From a virus (taxonomy: Duplodnaviria; Caudoviricetes): a DNA stretch of 28,396 nucleotides. Shown in pieces: positions 1 through 9,164 of the stretch; position 1 is the first letter of the stretch, and the number at the start of each line of letters is the position of its first letter. The translations under genes and the position numbers were made by a program. The stretch is from positions 1-28,396 of the IMG/VR virus record IMGVR_UViG_3300043220_000068. The stretch is one strand, 5' to 3'. The notes beneath the pieces were generated by a model. That model did not search any database, was not told the DNA's origin, and worked only from the letters and a program-made list of their open reading frames with translations.

Positions 1-141
1 TTTGCCGGCATAGGCTTTGCCGGATTCACCGCCCTTGTCGGGCTCGGTTCGGTGATCCTGGAATTGCAGAATATCAACGAGTGGCTGGAACGGCAAAAGC
101 CGACACCGCCCGCGCCACCGCGTCCGCGATTCTTGCGCTGA
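1..141 (+). CDS. 3' end of a probable membrane protein (partial, runs off the left edge)
   Basis: Frame 1 is open from base 1: FAGIGFAGFTALVGLGSVILELQNINEWLERQKPTPPAPPRPRFLR*. Hydrophobic helix plus Pro-rich tail; TGA at 139-141. Not in the ORF track. Confidence 0.55.
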   Translation, partial: FAGIGFAGFTALVGLGSVILELQNINEWLERQKPTPPAPPRPRFLR

Positions 142-154
142 ACTGCCGGGGGGG

Positions 155-565
155 ATGATGGCAACAACCGACACGATTCTGATAGGCGGACCGCGGGACG
201 GAGATACGATCTGTGTGCGCGACCTCCCGCCGTGGCTTAATCTACCAATCGCCAATCACAAGCCGGTATTCGCCCATGTGGACGGGCCAGTCGAACTCGA
301 ACCAATGCGAATCGTGGCTCACCGTCTCGAAGAGTATTACGTCGGCGACACGGCGATCTACGCCTATCTGGCAGTCGGGGTGGATGCGGCCGACGCGCTC
401 TGGGACGTGCTCGGCTTGTCCGTCGCCCAGCGAGACGAACAACGCCTTCCCCCTTGGTTGACAAACAACCGTCGCCGCATTGCGGGAAAGCTCTGGGATC
501 TGGCCGAGAGAACGACTGCCGCGATCTTTGATACTGCAATCCGGCTAAAGATGCGGATTCAGTAG
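155..565 (+). CDS. hypothetical protein, 136 aa (IGGPxDG N-terminal motif common in small phage proteins)
   Basis: ORF track; G-rich RBS-like stretch upstream; converges on the structural operon with a 2-nt gap. Confidence 0.7.
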   Translation: MMATTDTILIGGPRDGDTICVRDLPPWLNLPIANHKPVFAHVDGPVELEPMRIVAHRLEEYYVGDTAIYAYLAVGVDAADALWDVLGLSVAQRDEQRLPPWLTNNRRRIAGKLWDLAERTTAAIFDTAIRLKMRIQ

Positions 566-567
566 AA

Positions 568-1167
568 TCAAAACCGCACCTTCCCCACGTCCACCACCTT
601 CTCCCACGCCGCGCGCAACCACTCCGCCGGCACCGGCAGCTTCCCGAACCCCAGCAGCGCCTTCTCGACTCTGCTGTACTGACTCAAGAAATCCGGGAAC
701 GTGAGCATGCGGAGCGGAATCCCTGCCCGCAGACAGAATGCCGCCGTCTCGACACCCCGCCGCCAGTAGGTCGCGATCAGCGTGTTGTGGTCCTCGCTAT
801 CCACCCCGGGAAAATACTCCGGGTGCGCGGCCAGCGACGCCAAAATCCGACGCGGCTCCCGCACGAGCAACAGCACTCGCAAGTCTTTTCGGTGGCGCCA
901 CCAGTGTTTGAGCGGCTTTGCCCCGTCGACGGTGAACAGCGGGTCTTTCACCACGAGCCGCTGGACGTTCTGAATGTGCACCTCGGTCCGCAGATCGTCG
1001 CGGCCCTCAAGGATTGTGCTATTGATCGCCACGACTTTAGGATCCTCGAACCCCGCCCGTATCTCGGACGCCGGGTGCCAGTCGCCGCCCGGATCGCAGT
1101 GGGCCGCTTTGAGCACGGCGGCGAGACAGGACGTTCCGCAACGGCCGGGGCCGGTGATAATTAGCAT
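568..1167 (-). CDS. sulfotransferase-family protein (P-loop, PAPS-binding), about 199 aa
   Basis: True start is probably ATG 1167 (MLIITGPGRCGTSCLAAVL), matching the 5'-PSB motif GxxRSGTS. Later VVKDP and LLVREP..ILASL match the 3'-PB motif. The start overlaps the upstream GT stop; the longer N-terminus in the ORF track is a shadow of the GT gene. Confidence 0.8.
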   Translation of the reverse strand: MLIITGPGRCGTSCLAAVLKAAHCDPGGDWHPASEIRAGFEDPKVVAINSTILEGRDDLRTEVHIQNVQRLVVKDPLFTVDGAKPLKHWWRHRKDLRVLLLVREPRRILASLAAHPEYFPGVDSEDHNTLIATYWRRGVETAAFCLRAGIPLRMLTFPDFLSQYSRVEKALLGFGKLPVPAEWLRAAWEKVVDVGKVRF

Positions 1168-2546
1168 GCAAACGCCCCCGGCTGCAACACCAGTTCCCGG
1201 CCGTTGTGCACGGCCCGCTTGCACCAATTGTCGTCCAACAGTCCAACGGAATCGAGAGCCGAGCGCCGGATCAGCACGCAAAAGAACCCGAGCGACGATT
1301 CCAGCGTCGGGGCCCAGCCGTCCAGCCGCCAGGGCAGCTCTTCCGGGCCCAGCTCTTCCGGGTGCACGAACCCCACTTGCTTCTGCCGCGCGTGGCGATT
1401 GAGGGATTGGTGGCCGTCGCCCAACGTCACCGGGCCGGCAGCGGCAGCCTTGCACCGCAGTGCCAACGTGTAAACCAGCATCGATATGCAGTTCGGCCCG
1501 ACTCGGCAAGCAGGATTGAGCAGGAGAACGTCGTCGTCGCCCGCCGCGTGAATCCCCTGGTTGCAGGCCCGCATAAAACCGGCGTCCGCCTCGTTGCGAA
1601 TCCAGGTGAGCGGCAAGCCCACCTGGTCGGCAACGTCGAGCACCGCCTCGCCCACGGCTGGCGGAGTACCGTTGTCTACCACGATCACCCGGATCGGCAC
1701 GCACGCATGGTCGGCCAGGCGCTCGAGGCACGCCCGGGCCATTTTGCCACAGTCGCCGGCGATCGGGATCACCACGGAAATCCGCCGGGGTTCGACCGTA
1801 CCCCACGGTAGGTGGTAGCGGGCCGTTGTGCCCGACTCCCACCCCACGGCGTCCTCAACAAATTCCAACGTCCGGCGAACACCGTCGTAGCCGCCGTGGT
1901 CTAGAGAAGAGGGGGCATCTGAGTGGAGGGCCAGGCTGGGTCGGCATACCCACCCCTCGTATTTCAGGGCCTTCAGGACGAGCCCGATATACCGATCCGA
2001 TCCCCGCCGCTCGTTGGGCGGGCAGTTCGGCGACGGATCGGCCCCGTGGGACTTCCACCGCCGCGTCGCCGCATAGGCAACGAGCTGGTGCGCGACGTGG
2101 CGGGGGAAGAGGCAGGCCCACGCCCCAAGAAAGTCTCCCAGCGCGTCGCGCGGTAGCCGCGTGAGCCCCTGCCCTTGGAGCGCGTAGCCGACGGACGTGC
2201 AGAGCTGGACGACTCCACACCGGGACGACGGCCACAGACAGCCCTCCAGGACGTCGCACACGCCGCGTGAGAGCGTCACGTCATCCTGGAGAATCAGAAT
2301 GGTGTCGGCCTTCGGGCGGGCCTCTAGCGTGTCCCTGAGCGATTGGAGCCAGTTTCCCGCATCGCCGAGTCTCTCGTGCCGGTGGATCACGTCGGCCGCC
2401 TGGTCCACGTCGTCGGGGATCGGCGTTTTCGGCTCCGCGAACACGAGTGGGCGGGAGAGCCCGGCAAGACGGACACTCTCGACACACCGGGCCAGGACGT
2501 CGGGGCCGGGGCGCGGAGCGGTCGTGATGCCGGTGGCGATGTTCAT
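1161..2546 (-). CDS. two-domain GT-A glycosyltransferase (N-terminal GT-A domain; C-terminal GT2-like domain that looks degenerate)
   Basis: N domain: ITTAPR, ILILQDDV (DxD-like), GAWACLFPR, DRYIG, PSLALH. C domain: ISVVIP, VIVVDNGT, IRNEADAGFMRACNQG, FFCVLIRRSALDSVGLLD. TGATG coupling at 2544-2548. Confidence 0.85.
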   Translation of the reverse strand: MNIATGITTAPRPGPDVLARCVESVRLAGLSRPLVFAEPKTPIPDDVDQAADVIHRHERLGDAGNWLQSLRDTLEARPKADTILILQDDVTLSRGVCDVLEGCLWPSSRCGVVQLCTSVGYALQGQGLTRLPRDALGDFLGAWACLFPRHVAHQLVAYAATRRWKSHGADPSPNCPPNERRGSDRYIGLVLKALKYEGWVCRPSLALHSDAPSSLDHGGYDGVRRTLEFVEDAVGWESGTTARYHLPWGTVEPRRISVVIPIAGDCGKMARACLERLADHACVPIRVIVVDNGTPPAVGEAVLDVADQVGLPLTWIRNEADAGFMRACNQGIHAAGDDDVLLLNPACRVGPNCISMLVYTLALRCKAAAAGPVTLGDGHQSLNRHARQKQVGFVHPEELGPEELPWRLDGWAPTLESSLGFFCVLIRRSALDSVGLLDDNWCKRAVHNGRELVLQPGAFAC

Positions 2547-2743
2547 CAATTCAGTCCGAGGCGGCTGATCCGGTCGACAGGTGGGCGGGCCGGCTGATCG
2601 TCCTCGTCCTCGCCCTCATCGTCATCATCTTGTGGAGGCCCCACGTCAATCGAGGCTCCCTGCGTTCCCAAGAAAATCGACAGTTGGTCCATCGGCTCAA
2701 TCTCGGTCACTGTAACTCGCCCCCGTCGTATCTCAATCCGCAT
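2546..2743 (-). CDS. small acidic hypothetical protein, about 65 aa
   Basis: ATG 2743 (MRIEIRRGRV...) with GGAGGGAG upstream; fills the gap between the two GT genes and overlaps both; D/E tract. Confidence 0.55.
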   Translation of the reverse strand: MRIEIRRGRVTVTEIEPMDQLSIFLGTQGASIDVGPPQDDDDEGEDEDDQPARPPVDRISRLGLN

Positions 2744-3524
2744 CGATGTCTCCCTCCAATTTCTCAAACAGTGCCCTTGTCTCCGCGTCCAGCTTCGGCT
2801 CGATCACCAACCCGCGCTCAACCGCCCGTGCCCGCTCGGGAATCCGGTCGTACCACCCCGTATCGTCGCCCCCGCGCATGACGTGCTGCCCGTGGTAGTC
2901 GCCCGTCGAACCGTACCGGAACACGTAAGACGGCGGGTAGTTGTCGCACGGATCGCCGGGCGGACCGAGTCCGCGCAATTTGCCGATCAACTGCTGATCG
3001 AAATCAGCCCGCGGCGTCTCCGGCCAGCCACCCACCTTGGCGAGGGCCTCACGCCTGAACGCGAGCGATGCGTGGAACCGGCCGGCGGCGCCCTCCTGGT
3101 GCAACTCGCCGCCGTAGAGACTCCAGACACAGGACGGGTGGGCCCACTGTGGGCCGGGCGTGTCTACGTCGCGGATGATCCCGTGATGCACCCGGGGGTT
3201 CATGGACGCCACTACGGCCGTCAGGTGCCAGGGTAGGTAAATGTCGTCGTCTTCCCAAACGACGCAGATGTCCGCCCTATCCCCGAGCATTGCAAGGTGG
3301 TTGTACTTTGCGGGCAGTGACGAAAACCGCTCCGCCATCGAAGCGATCCGCCACCCGCGGCTGTAGGCCAAGGTATTTCGCAACTCCCCGGCATCATCAA
3401 GCACGATCAACTTTCGCCGTGAGAGCGGATACGTCTGCGCCTCAAAGCACGCGATCGCGTTGGCTAGCAGCTCCGGCTTGCGCCGGTACGTTGGACAAAG
3501 GCAGACAACGAGTGGCTGTTTCAT
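2733..3524 (-). CDS. glycosyltransferase family 2 (GT-A), 263 aa
   Basis: VVCLCPTYRR, QTYP, LIVLDD, KYN, VWEDDDIYLPWHL (DxD), ALAKVGGW. Confidence 0.88.
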   Translation of the reverse strand: MKQPLVVCLCPTYRRKPELLANAIACFEAQTYPLSRRKLIVLDDAGELRNTLAYSRGWRIASMAERFSSLPAKYNHLAMLGDRADICVVWEDDDIYLPWHLTAVVASMNPRVHHGIIRDVDTPGPQWAHPSCVWSLYGGELHQEGAAGRFHASLAFRREALAKVGGWPETPRADFDQQLIGKLRGLGPPGDPCDNYPPSYVFRYGSTGDYHGQHVMRGGDDTGWYDRIPERARAVERGLVIEPKLDAETRALFEKLEGDIDAD

Positions 3525-4114
3525 AGCTTCACCCCAAACTTGAAAGCGTTCCCTGAATTCTCAAACGGCCGTCCGCTTCGTTTCATCCATTCGAGCGCCG
3601 CCTGCCTCACTCCGGGGTGGTCCGGGTGCCCGTAGTCGTCGCCGACGATCGTGGCAAACGGCCATGCGTCGAAACACAATCGCAACTCCGCGTCAACCCG
3701 CTCATACGTGTGATCCGAATCGAGGTACACTACGTCGGGCACCAGCCCCGCGTCCGCCACCTCGGCAAGCCCAACCAGGCTGTCGGCCCTAATCGGAATC
3801 ACGCGGTGCCGTTCGTCCCAGAGGTTGAGCAGGAAACACTCGTAAAGGATCGGCAGGTAGTCGTAGTGCATGATCGTCGGCGAGCCATTCCAGGTGTCGA
3901 TGCAGATCAGCGTTGCCGCCGGGGCGCACTCCAGGATGTGCCGGGCACTCATGCCAAGCCAGCTACCACACTCGACAACCAGCCGCGTTTCTGGGCAGAG
4001 GGCCCGCGACAGCATGGCCTTCGTGGATTCCTCCAGCCAGCCATCGAAGTGTCGCGACACCCATGGGATGCGGGGCCACGGGTGGGCCGCTCGTAGCTTG
4101 TCGAGTCCGGTCAT
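3521..4114 (-). CDS. class I SAM-dependent methyltransferase (Methyltransf_24-like)
   Basis: VVECGSWLGMS (motif I), ICIDTW, VYLDSDHTYE, VGDDY; ATGA overlap with the downstream GT2. Confidence 0.88.
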   Translation of the reverse strand: MTGLDKLRAAHPWPRIPWVSRHFDGWLEESTKAMLSRALCPETRLVVECGSWLGMSARHILECAPAATLICIDTWNGSPTIMHYDYLPILYECFLLNLWDERHRVIPIRADSLVGLAEVADAGLVPDVVYLDSDHTYERVDAELRLCFDAWPFATIVGDDYGHPDHPGVRQAALEWMKRSGRPFENSGNAFKFGVKL

Positions 4115-4126
4115 AGCAGCGACATT

Positions 4127-4453
4127 TCACTCGGTCGTGACGAGCTTGGGCCAATATTTGCACTCGAAGAACGGGCTGGCAAGCAATCTGTTAAACTGGC
4201 ACGGTTCGTCACCATGCCTCTGGCAGTAGTCCTCTTCATGGTCCCACATGCTGGCGGGGCATTCGCGGAGACAGAAGGCGAGGTTTGTTTTGAGTTGTTG
4301 TTGCCGGGCCTTGGCGGCGGCGTTGACTTCGGGCGAACGGCAGTTGCGGCGGAAGTTGCCGGATAGCAGTCGTTTCTTATCGTTGTCGCAGCCTGGGGCG
4401 GGACACCACCACCTAGCATTATCTAATTGGACCAAGTCACAATCGATACTCAT
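4127..4453 (-). CDS. Cys-rich hypothetical protein, about 108 aa
   Basis: ATG 4453 overlaps the upstream stop (ATGA); CPAPGC, CLRECP, YCQ, PCQ and ECKYW motifs. Confidence 0.65.
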   Translation of the reverse strand: MSIDCDLVQLDNARWWCPAPGCDNDKKRLLSGNFRRNCRSPEVNAAAKARQQQLKTNLAFCLRECPASMWDHEEDYCQRHGDEPCQFNRLLASPFFECKYWPKLVTTE

Positions 4454-4932
4454 GGCAAGGCCGTTACCACACAAGTCACAGATGGAAGAGTAACATTACA
4501 TCCACTCCCGATAGTCGTAGAAAGGGGGATATTTTCACTACTTAGAGTACCGCAAGGTACTCCTCCTACAAAGGACTTTGCCCACGAAAAGTTAGCGGGG
4601 CCGACTAGGACGACCGTCACCGTGTTAAGGGTCACCCCCAGTCGAATTATTGTTGTCGAACAAATAGACACAGCAATTTCCCAAACACAGGCGCTAACGG
4701 CGTCTAGAATGAACGTATCGTTAAAGTCCGTACATTCTGCGGGCACGCAGCCAAACGGGGGTTCAAAGTCGCGAAAACCAGCTAGAACGACTTGAAATTG
4801 AGGTGGTGGCGTGTTAGTGCACTGGATGCAATCTGGGGCCCCGCAACAACAATCCTCATGGAACGCAATCTCCTCGTCGGACGCCCCTGCGAAAAGTATC
4901 TGGTTGCCGCGGAACTGAATGCTGTTAACCAT
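4450..4932 (-). CDS. Cys-rich beta-strand protein, possible tail-tip/receptor-binding component, about 160 aa
   Basis: ATG 4932 lies right after the upstream stop; DCCCGAPDCIQC followed by a beta-rich region; locally lower GC; distal position in the tail module. Confidence 0.6.
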   Translation of the reverse strand: MVNSIQFRGNQILFAGASDEEIAFHEDCCCGAPDCIQCTNTPPPQFQVVLAGFRDFEPPFGCVPAECTDFNDTFILDAVSACVWEIAVSICSTTIIRLGVTLNTVTVVLVGPANFSWAKSFVGGVPCGTLSSENIPLSTTIGSGCNVTLPSVTCVVTALP

Positions 4933-4933
4933 A

Positions 4934-5419
4934 TCACGGGCACACCGTTCCGGTGTGAATATCAGTCCAGCCGCTTTCGGCTCCAACGGCCACGACAAGC
5001 AAGGCTCGCGTCTTCATCTGGAGTTTTTTGGTAGAGGTGTCGACCTGGAAATCCGTCATCACGGTTTCGTGTGTCCAAGCATTCATCACCACCCGGCGGC
5101 CGTTGACGACCCTGACAAGCACCCATGTCCCGCTAGCGATTGTTCCCGAAGCCATCGCGGGAGGGGCGTACACGTCCTCCCAGTTCTCGCCGGAGTCCTG
5201 GTCCCACTCCCCCCACGAGCCGCCTGTGCCTTCCCAGAGCGACACCGTAGCCGAACCCCCGGCGCTAAGCGTACCGTCGAGCTTTCCCCAGCGTTCCTGA
5301 GTGGGCGGCGGATAGCCCCGGCCGCGGTGCCCAGCCGCGTTCTTGATCTGCCGCTCGATAGCCCGGACCGCCGCCTGAATGCGTCGAATCGCGCTGTCAG
5401 TCCAGCGTTGGCCAGCCAT
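4934..5419 (-). CDS. hypothetical tail-tip region protein, 161 aa
   Basis: ORF track; AGGAG RBS; N-terminal helix (IRRIQAAVRAIER) then a beta-rich domain; downstream of the tape measure gene. Confidence 0.65.
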   Translation of the reverse strand: MAGQRWTDSAIRRIQAAVRAIERQIKNAAGHRGRGYPPPTQERWGKLDGTLSAGGSATVSLWEGTGGSWGEWDQDSGENWEDVYAPPAMASGTIASGTWVLVRVVNGRRVVMNAWTHETVMTDFQVDTSTKKLQMKTRALLVVAVGAESGWTDIHTGTVCP

Positions 5420-5437
5420 GGACGGGCTCCTGATCGT

Positions 5438-6064
5438 CTACCCTTGGGTGTCGCACTGCAACGCGGCTTTCGCCACGCATCCAATGACCGCCGCTCCGCC
5501 GGCCCCGTCATTGACGGCAGTCACGATCCGGCAATCGAGAACGGAACCGGGTGAAAGGGTCGTCGCGGTGATCGTAAAAGGGACGGCGACAAAGGCCGGA
5601 GCCACGAAGTTGATGTCCGTAGCCGCCGTTGCACAGATATCGGCTGACACGGTGTTGTCTTCGTCGTTCAGATGACAGACCAGATCGAGCGTAGCCGTTG
5701 TGTCCGCGACGGTCGTAATCATCCCAGCAACAAAATTTAGAATCACCGTCTGGGCGGCAACGTATTCCGGGGGCAGGCGCACCATGAAACGAGCGTAGTT
5801 GCTAGTCGCGCCCGCCGTCTTAAGGTCTTCAGTTTGGAGCGATGGCGCGGCCGTGCCAAACGTGCCGCCGACCAGACCCAGATCATCGGTGGCACCCGCA
5901 TTGGGCAGGATTACGCCGAAATTGTCGTGAACCCGGAAGTTTGCGAAGTCCAGGACGTATTCCTGGAGGCTCTGCTGGGCGAGCTGATTAACGGCGATCG
6001 GAGGGTTGAAATCGTTGCTGTGGCCAAACGGCCCGGTCGTTCTCAAGTCCCTGAGTGTTCCCAT
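5438..6064 (-). CDS. probable virion protein (beta-sandwich-like), 208 aa
   Basis: AGGAGGAG RBS; Ala/Thr/Val/Gly-rich; position in the tail module. Confidence 0.65.
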   Translation of the reverse strand: MGTLRDLRTTGPFGHSNDFNPPIAVNQLAQQSLQEYVLDFANFRVHDNFGVILPNAGATDDLGLVGGTFGTAAPSLQTEDLKTAGATSNYARFMVRLPPEYVAAQTVILNFVAGMITTVADTTATLDLVCHLNDEDNTVSADICATAATDINFVAPAFVAVPFTITATTLSPGSVLDCRIVTAVNDGAGGAAVIGCVAKAALQCDTQG

Positions 6065-6084
6065 GATTGAGTCTCCTCCTGTTT

Positions 6085-7020
6085 TTACGCTACGGGCAGC
6101 ACGCTAAAGTTTTTCTCGGGGTATACGTCGGACACGATGAACAGAGCGTCGGAAGGCTTCACGGTGGCCGGCGTGAACTGGTCACCATCGGCCTGGAGTA
6201 GCATAGGCACCGTTGCGGGCATGTCCTTGGTATCCACACAATCCCGTTTCTCGCTACTCTCGATCTTTTTCATGCCAGCATTTACCGTCATAATCGCGTG
6301 CGCATGATGGTAATCGGCGCCGCCCAAAGCGACGTAGGCGCTGGTCCCATCCCACTCAATTAACTTCGCCGTGCTGTCCAAAGTAGCGAACTGGAACGTC
6401 ATGGTCAGAACACGAAACACGATGTTGTTCCGCTCTTGCTCCTCGCCGATCGTCGTCGCCACAAGTCTCGCAAAACCCCTAGCGACGGTTACGCCGTCGA
6501 TCGCCCATGCTGCGCTGTTCACGCTATCCGCATAGGTCAGATACCACACCGGTACGACCGCGACGTTCTTCTGGGTGACGGCAACCCAGCGGTTCACTGT
6601 CATCATTGCCGGCGGGTCGAAGTAATCGCGGGCCGAGTTCGTGTGGGCCACGCGGTTGCGGTCGAACATCACCGGCTCTTGATATTGCTCCGTGTGCCAA
6701 GTGATGCGGGCCGGCTCTTGGAGCGGATTCTCCGCGAGTTCGCGTTCTGTTGAATAGCCGACCGTGATAAGAAAGACTTGCTTGGAGAATGACTCGTTGA
6801 CCGCATTGACTAACTGGCAGTAAGCCCGCGGGTCACGGAGCATCGGTTGGCCAATCTTCGGGCAGCGCGAATCGGCCTTGACGGTTTCCGGCTCGGTGAA
6901 GTTGTCGTCCGTCTCCGCTCGGTAAATGTCCGTGTAGCGAATCCGCTGTATACCGCTCCGTTGTAGAGTGGTCGAGCTGGCCCGGCCTTGATGGATTCGC
7001 TTCAAGCTGGTGACGGCCAT
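6085..7020 (-). CDS. putative distal tail / hub protein, 311 aa
   Basis: Immediately downstream of, and TGATG-coupled to, the tape measure gene, where Dit is normally found. Family not confirmed. Confidence 0.55.
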   Translation of the reverse strand: MAVTSLKRIHQGRASSTTLQRSGIQRIRYTDIYRAETDDNFTEPETVKADSRCPKIGQPMLRDPRAYCQLVNAVNESFSKQVFLITVGYSTERELAENPLQEPARITWHTEQYQEPVMFDRNRVAHTNSARDYFDPPAMMTVNRWVAVTQKNVAVVPVWYLTYADSVNSAAWAIDGVTVARGFARLVATTIGEEQERNNIVFRVLTMTFQFATLDSTAKLIEWDGTSAYVALGGADYHHAHAIMTVNAGMKKIESSEKRDCVDTKDMPATVPMLLQADGDQFTPATVKPSDALFIVSDVYPEKNFSVLPVA

Positions 7021-9164
7021 CAGGGAGCACCCCCGGGCGGGATGTCGATCACGTCCGTTTCCATCTCGATGATGCGCCCGAGCTTCTCGTCCATCTGCTT
7101 CGTGTTGTCCGCTATCTGCTTCTGAGCTTCTAGCGCCTTGTCTTTCTTCCCGCCGCCGACCGCCGCAAGGATCTGGGAGACAGCCTCCGCAGTGCCCTTC
7201 TGAGTGCCGGCGGCAAAGCGGGGGCCGGCCGACCTTTCCTCGCCCGCTATTTGTCTCTGCAATTCACGGATTCTTTCAATCTGCTCCTTACTGATACCTG
7301 CCTTGGCCAGCTTATCCAGTTCCAATTGGTCTCTCGTCACCTCGCCGCGGAGAAGCCGGAGTTTTTCTGTTAACTTGACAACTCGATCCGCGGCGTCGTT
7401 CGCGGCCAGCTTGCGCCCCAGTCTTCTCGCCTCTTCTGGCACCTCTCCAAATGGCCCCGCTGCCGCTTCTATCGCCCGCTCCCTTCCCGTAAGCCCAAAC
7501 AACCGGAGTTCCTCGCGAAGGCCAGCAACCACGTTGCGCATCCGTTCCGCACGGTCCGCCGCTGGCCTAAACACCTGCGACCAATCGTCGGCCCCCTGGG
7601 AAGCCTGCTTCAGCACGTCATGAAGTCCCTCAACCTCCTGCCGAAAAGCGTCGAACTTTTTATCTCCTGGAATTCCTGCCCGGATAGTCTCTAGTTGGAT
7701 TTGCAGTGGCGACTTACCGATGTCCCGGACCGCATCGTGCCACTTGTCGACCATCGCCTGAATGCCGTCGTCGATCGTCTGTACAAGTTCTCCGGCGGGC
7801 GTAATGGGCTGGGTGTCCATAAGGTTTTGCATGGAGTTCCGCCATTTCAGCATTCCCCGCTCGGACGACTGCAGCTCTTCCGCTACGTCAAGCTCTCCCA
7901 CGAATATCTTCCATTCTCGCGTCCCTTCTTTTATGCCCTTCATCATCGCCATAAATTCGAGAAAGGGCTTCATAGCTTCCTCGATTCTCTCGCCCAGCTC
8001 AGCCCAGCCCTTTGCGGATAACACCAACATCTTGAAGGCGCCGGACAGCCACTCTTGTGTTGCCTGTAGCGCAGGTCCGACGGCGGTCATTACCATGCTT
8101 GCAAACCTACTCGCCTCGCCGGACAACGCGGCCCACCCCTTCTGAAACGGCGTCATCTGATTGTCGGCCACTTCCTTCATGGTGCCACCGCCCCTTTTAA
8201 GCTCATCGAAAAATTCGCGAATTAGGTCTCCCTTGCCCAGGAGCAGGGCGATCAGATCGGACGTTCGCTTCGTAAAGCCAAGGGCCATAATGGCTGTCTG
8301 CTTCGCTCGATCATTCATTCCGCCAAGAGACTTTTCTAGGTCGTTCACTACGTCGGCCATGAAGCTCATATCATCAGCGCTGTCGAATACGTCAATACCT
8401 AGCCGTTTGAACGCATCTGCATTGTTGATTGCGTTGATCTTGAGCCCGAGCATCACGCGAGAGAGTTGCGTGCCCGCCTCTTCGCCCTTCACCCCCGCCA
8501 TAGCAAGTGCTGCCAATACCGCAACGGCTTCCTCAACACTTTTCCCGACGATCTTGAACGCCGCCCCCGCCTTTGTGGTCAACGCCGTGGCAAACTGCTC
8601 CGTCGTGGCATCTGCGAGCGTGTTTGCCTTGACCAGAACGTCCATAACCCGCGTGAGCGATTGGAGGTTTTTGATCGGGTCTTTCACCGCTATCCCCAGA
8701 GCGTGCTGAGCATCCGTTGCCAACTCCGTGGCCCGGGACAAGTCGAACATGCCGGCCTGAGCAAACTGGGCAACGGCGGGCAGTGCCTCGATAGATTGGG
8801 CCGCGGTCATGCCGGCAGAAGTGAGGAAAAAATACGCCCGTGCGGTTGCCTCCGCGCTATGAATCGTAACCTTGGCCGTCTCGATCGCGACCGTGCGCAT
8901 CTCCGTGCGCATCGTTTCGGACACCTCACCCATGATCGCGAGCGATGACCGCATGGACCGGTTGAACTTCTCGCCGGAACTTGCCAGGCGAAAGATGCCG
9001 AAGATACCAGCCATCGGGCCCAACATCGTGGCCATCGCACCGCCGAGGCCGCGGACAAGACCCGTCGTCACGCCGAGCGTTTTGTTGGCGCGGCCCATGC
9101 CCTGGCGAAAGCGAGCGGTGTTCGCCGAGAGGTTGATAACCAGATTACCGATCGCGGTCGCCAC
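7020..9164 (-). CDS. phage tail tape measure protein (TP901-type core), 714 aa
   Basis: N-terminal IGNLVINLSANTARF; core SAGMTAAQSIEALPAVAQFA...DVLVKANTLADAT...LAMAGVKGEEAGT; helical Ala-rich sequence; GTG start with GGAGG RBS. Confidence 0.93.
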   Translation of the reverse strand: MATAIGNLVINLSANTARFRQGMGRANKTLGVTTGLVRGLGGAMATMLGPMAGIFGIFRLASSGEKFNRSMRSSLAIMGEVSETMRTEMRTVAIETAKVTIHSAEATARAYFFLTSAGMTAAQSIEALPAVAQFAQAGMFDLSRATELATDAQHALGIAVKDPIKNLQSLTRVMDVLVKANTLADATTEQFATALTTKAGAAFKIVGKSVEEAVAVLAALAMAGVKGEEAGTQLSRVMLGLKINAINNADAFKRLGIDVFDSADDMSFMADVVNDLEKSLGGMNDRAKQTAIMALGFTKRTSDLIALLLGKGDLIREFFDELKRGGGTMKEVADNQMTPFQKGWAALSGEASRFASMVMTAVGPALQATQEWLSGAFKMLVLSAKGWAELGERIEEAMKPFLEFMAMMKGIKEGTREWKIFVGELDVAEELQSSERGMLKWRNSMQNLMDTQPITPAGELVQTIDDGIQAMVDKWHDAVRDIGKSPLQIQLETIRAGIPGDKKFDAFRQEVEGLHDVLKQASQGADDWSQVFRPAADRAERMRNVVAGLREELRLFGLTGRERAIEAAAGPFGEVPEEARRLGRKLAANDAADRVVKLTEKLRLLRGEVTRDQLELDKLAKAGISKEQIERIRELQRQIAGEERSAGPRFAAGTQKGTAEAVSQILAAVGGGKKDKALEAQKQIADNTKQMDEKLGRIIEMETDVIDIPPGGAP

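Noticed and set aside
1168-1842. N-terminal 225 aa of the 424-aa ORF 568..1842, read as a GT-sulfotransferase frameshift fusion
   Set aside because: This Arg/Gly/Pro-rich sequence overlaps the GT2-like domain in another frame. The sulfotransferase has its own ATG and a GGAG/GGGGG RBS-like stretch, and no slippery site was evident.
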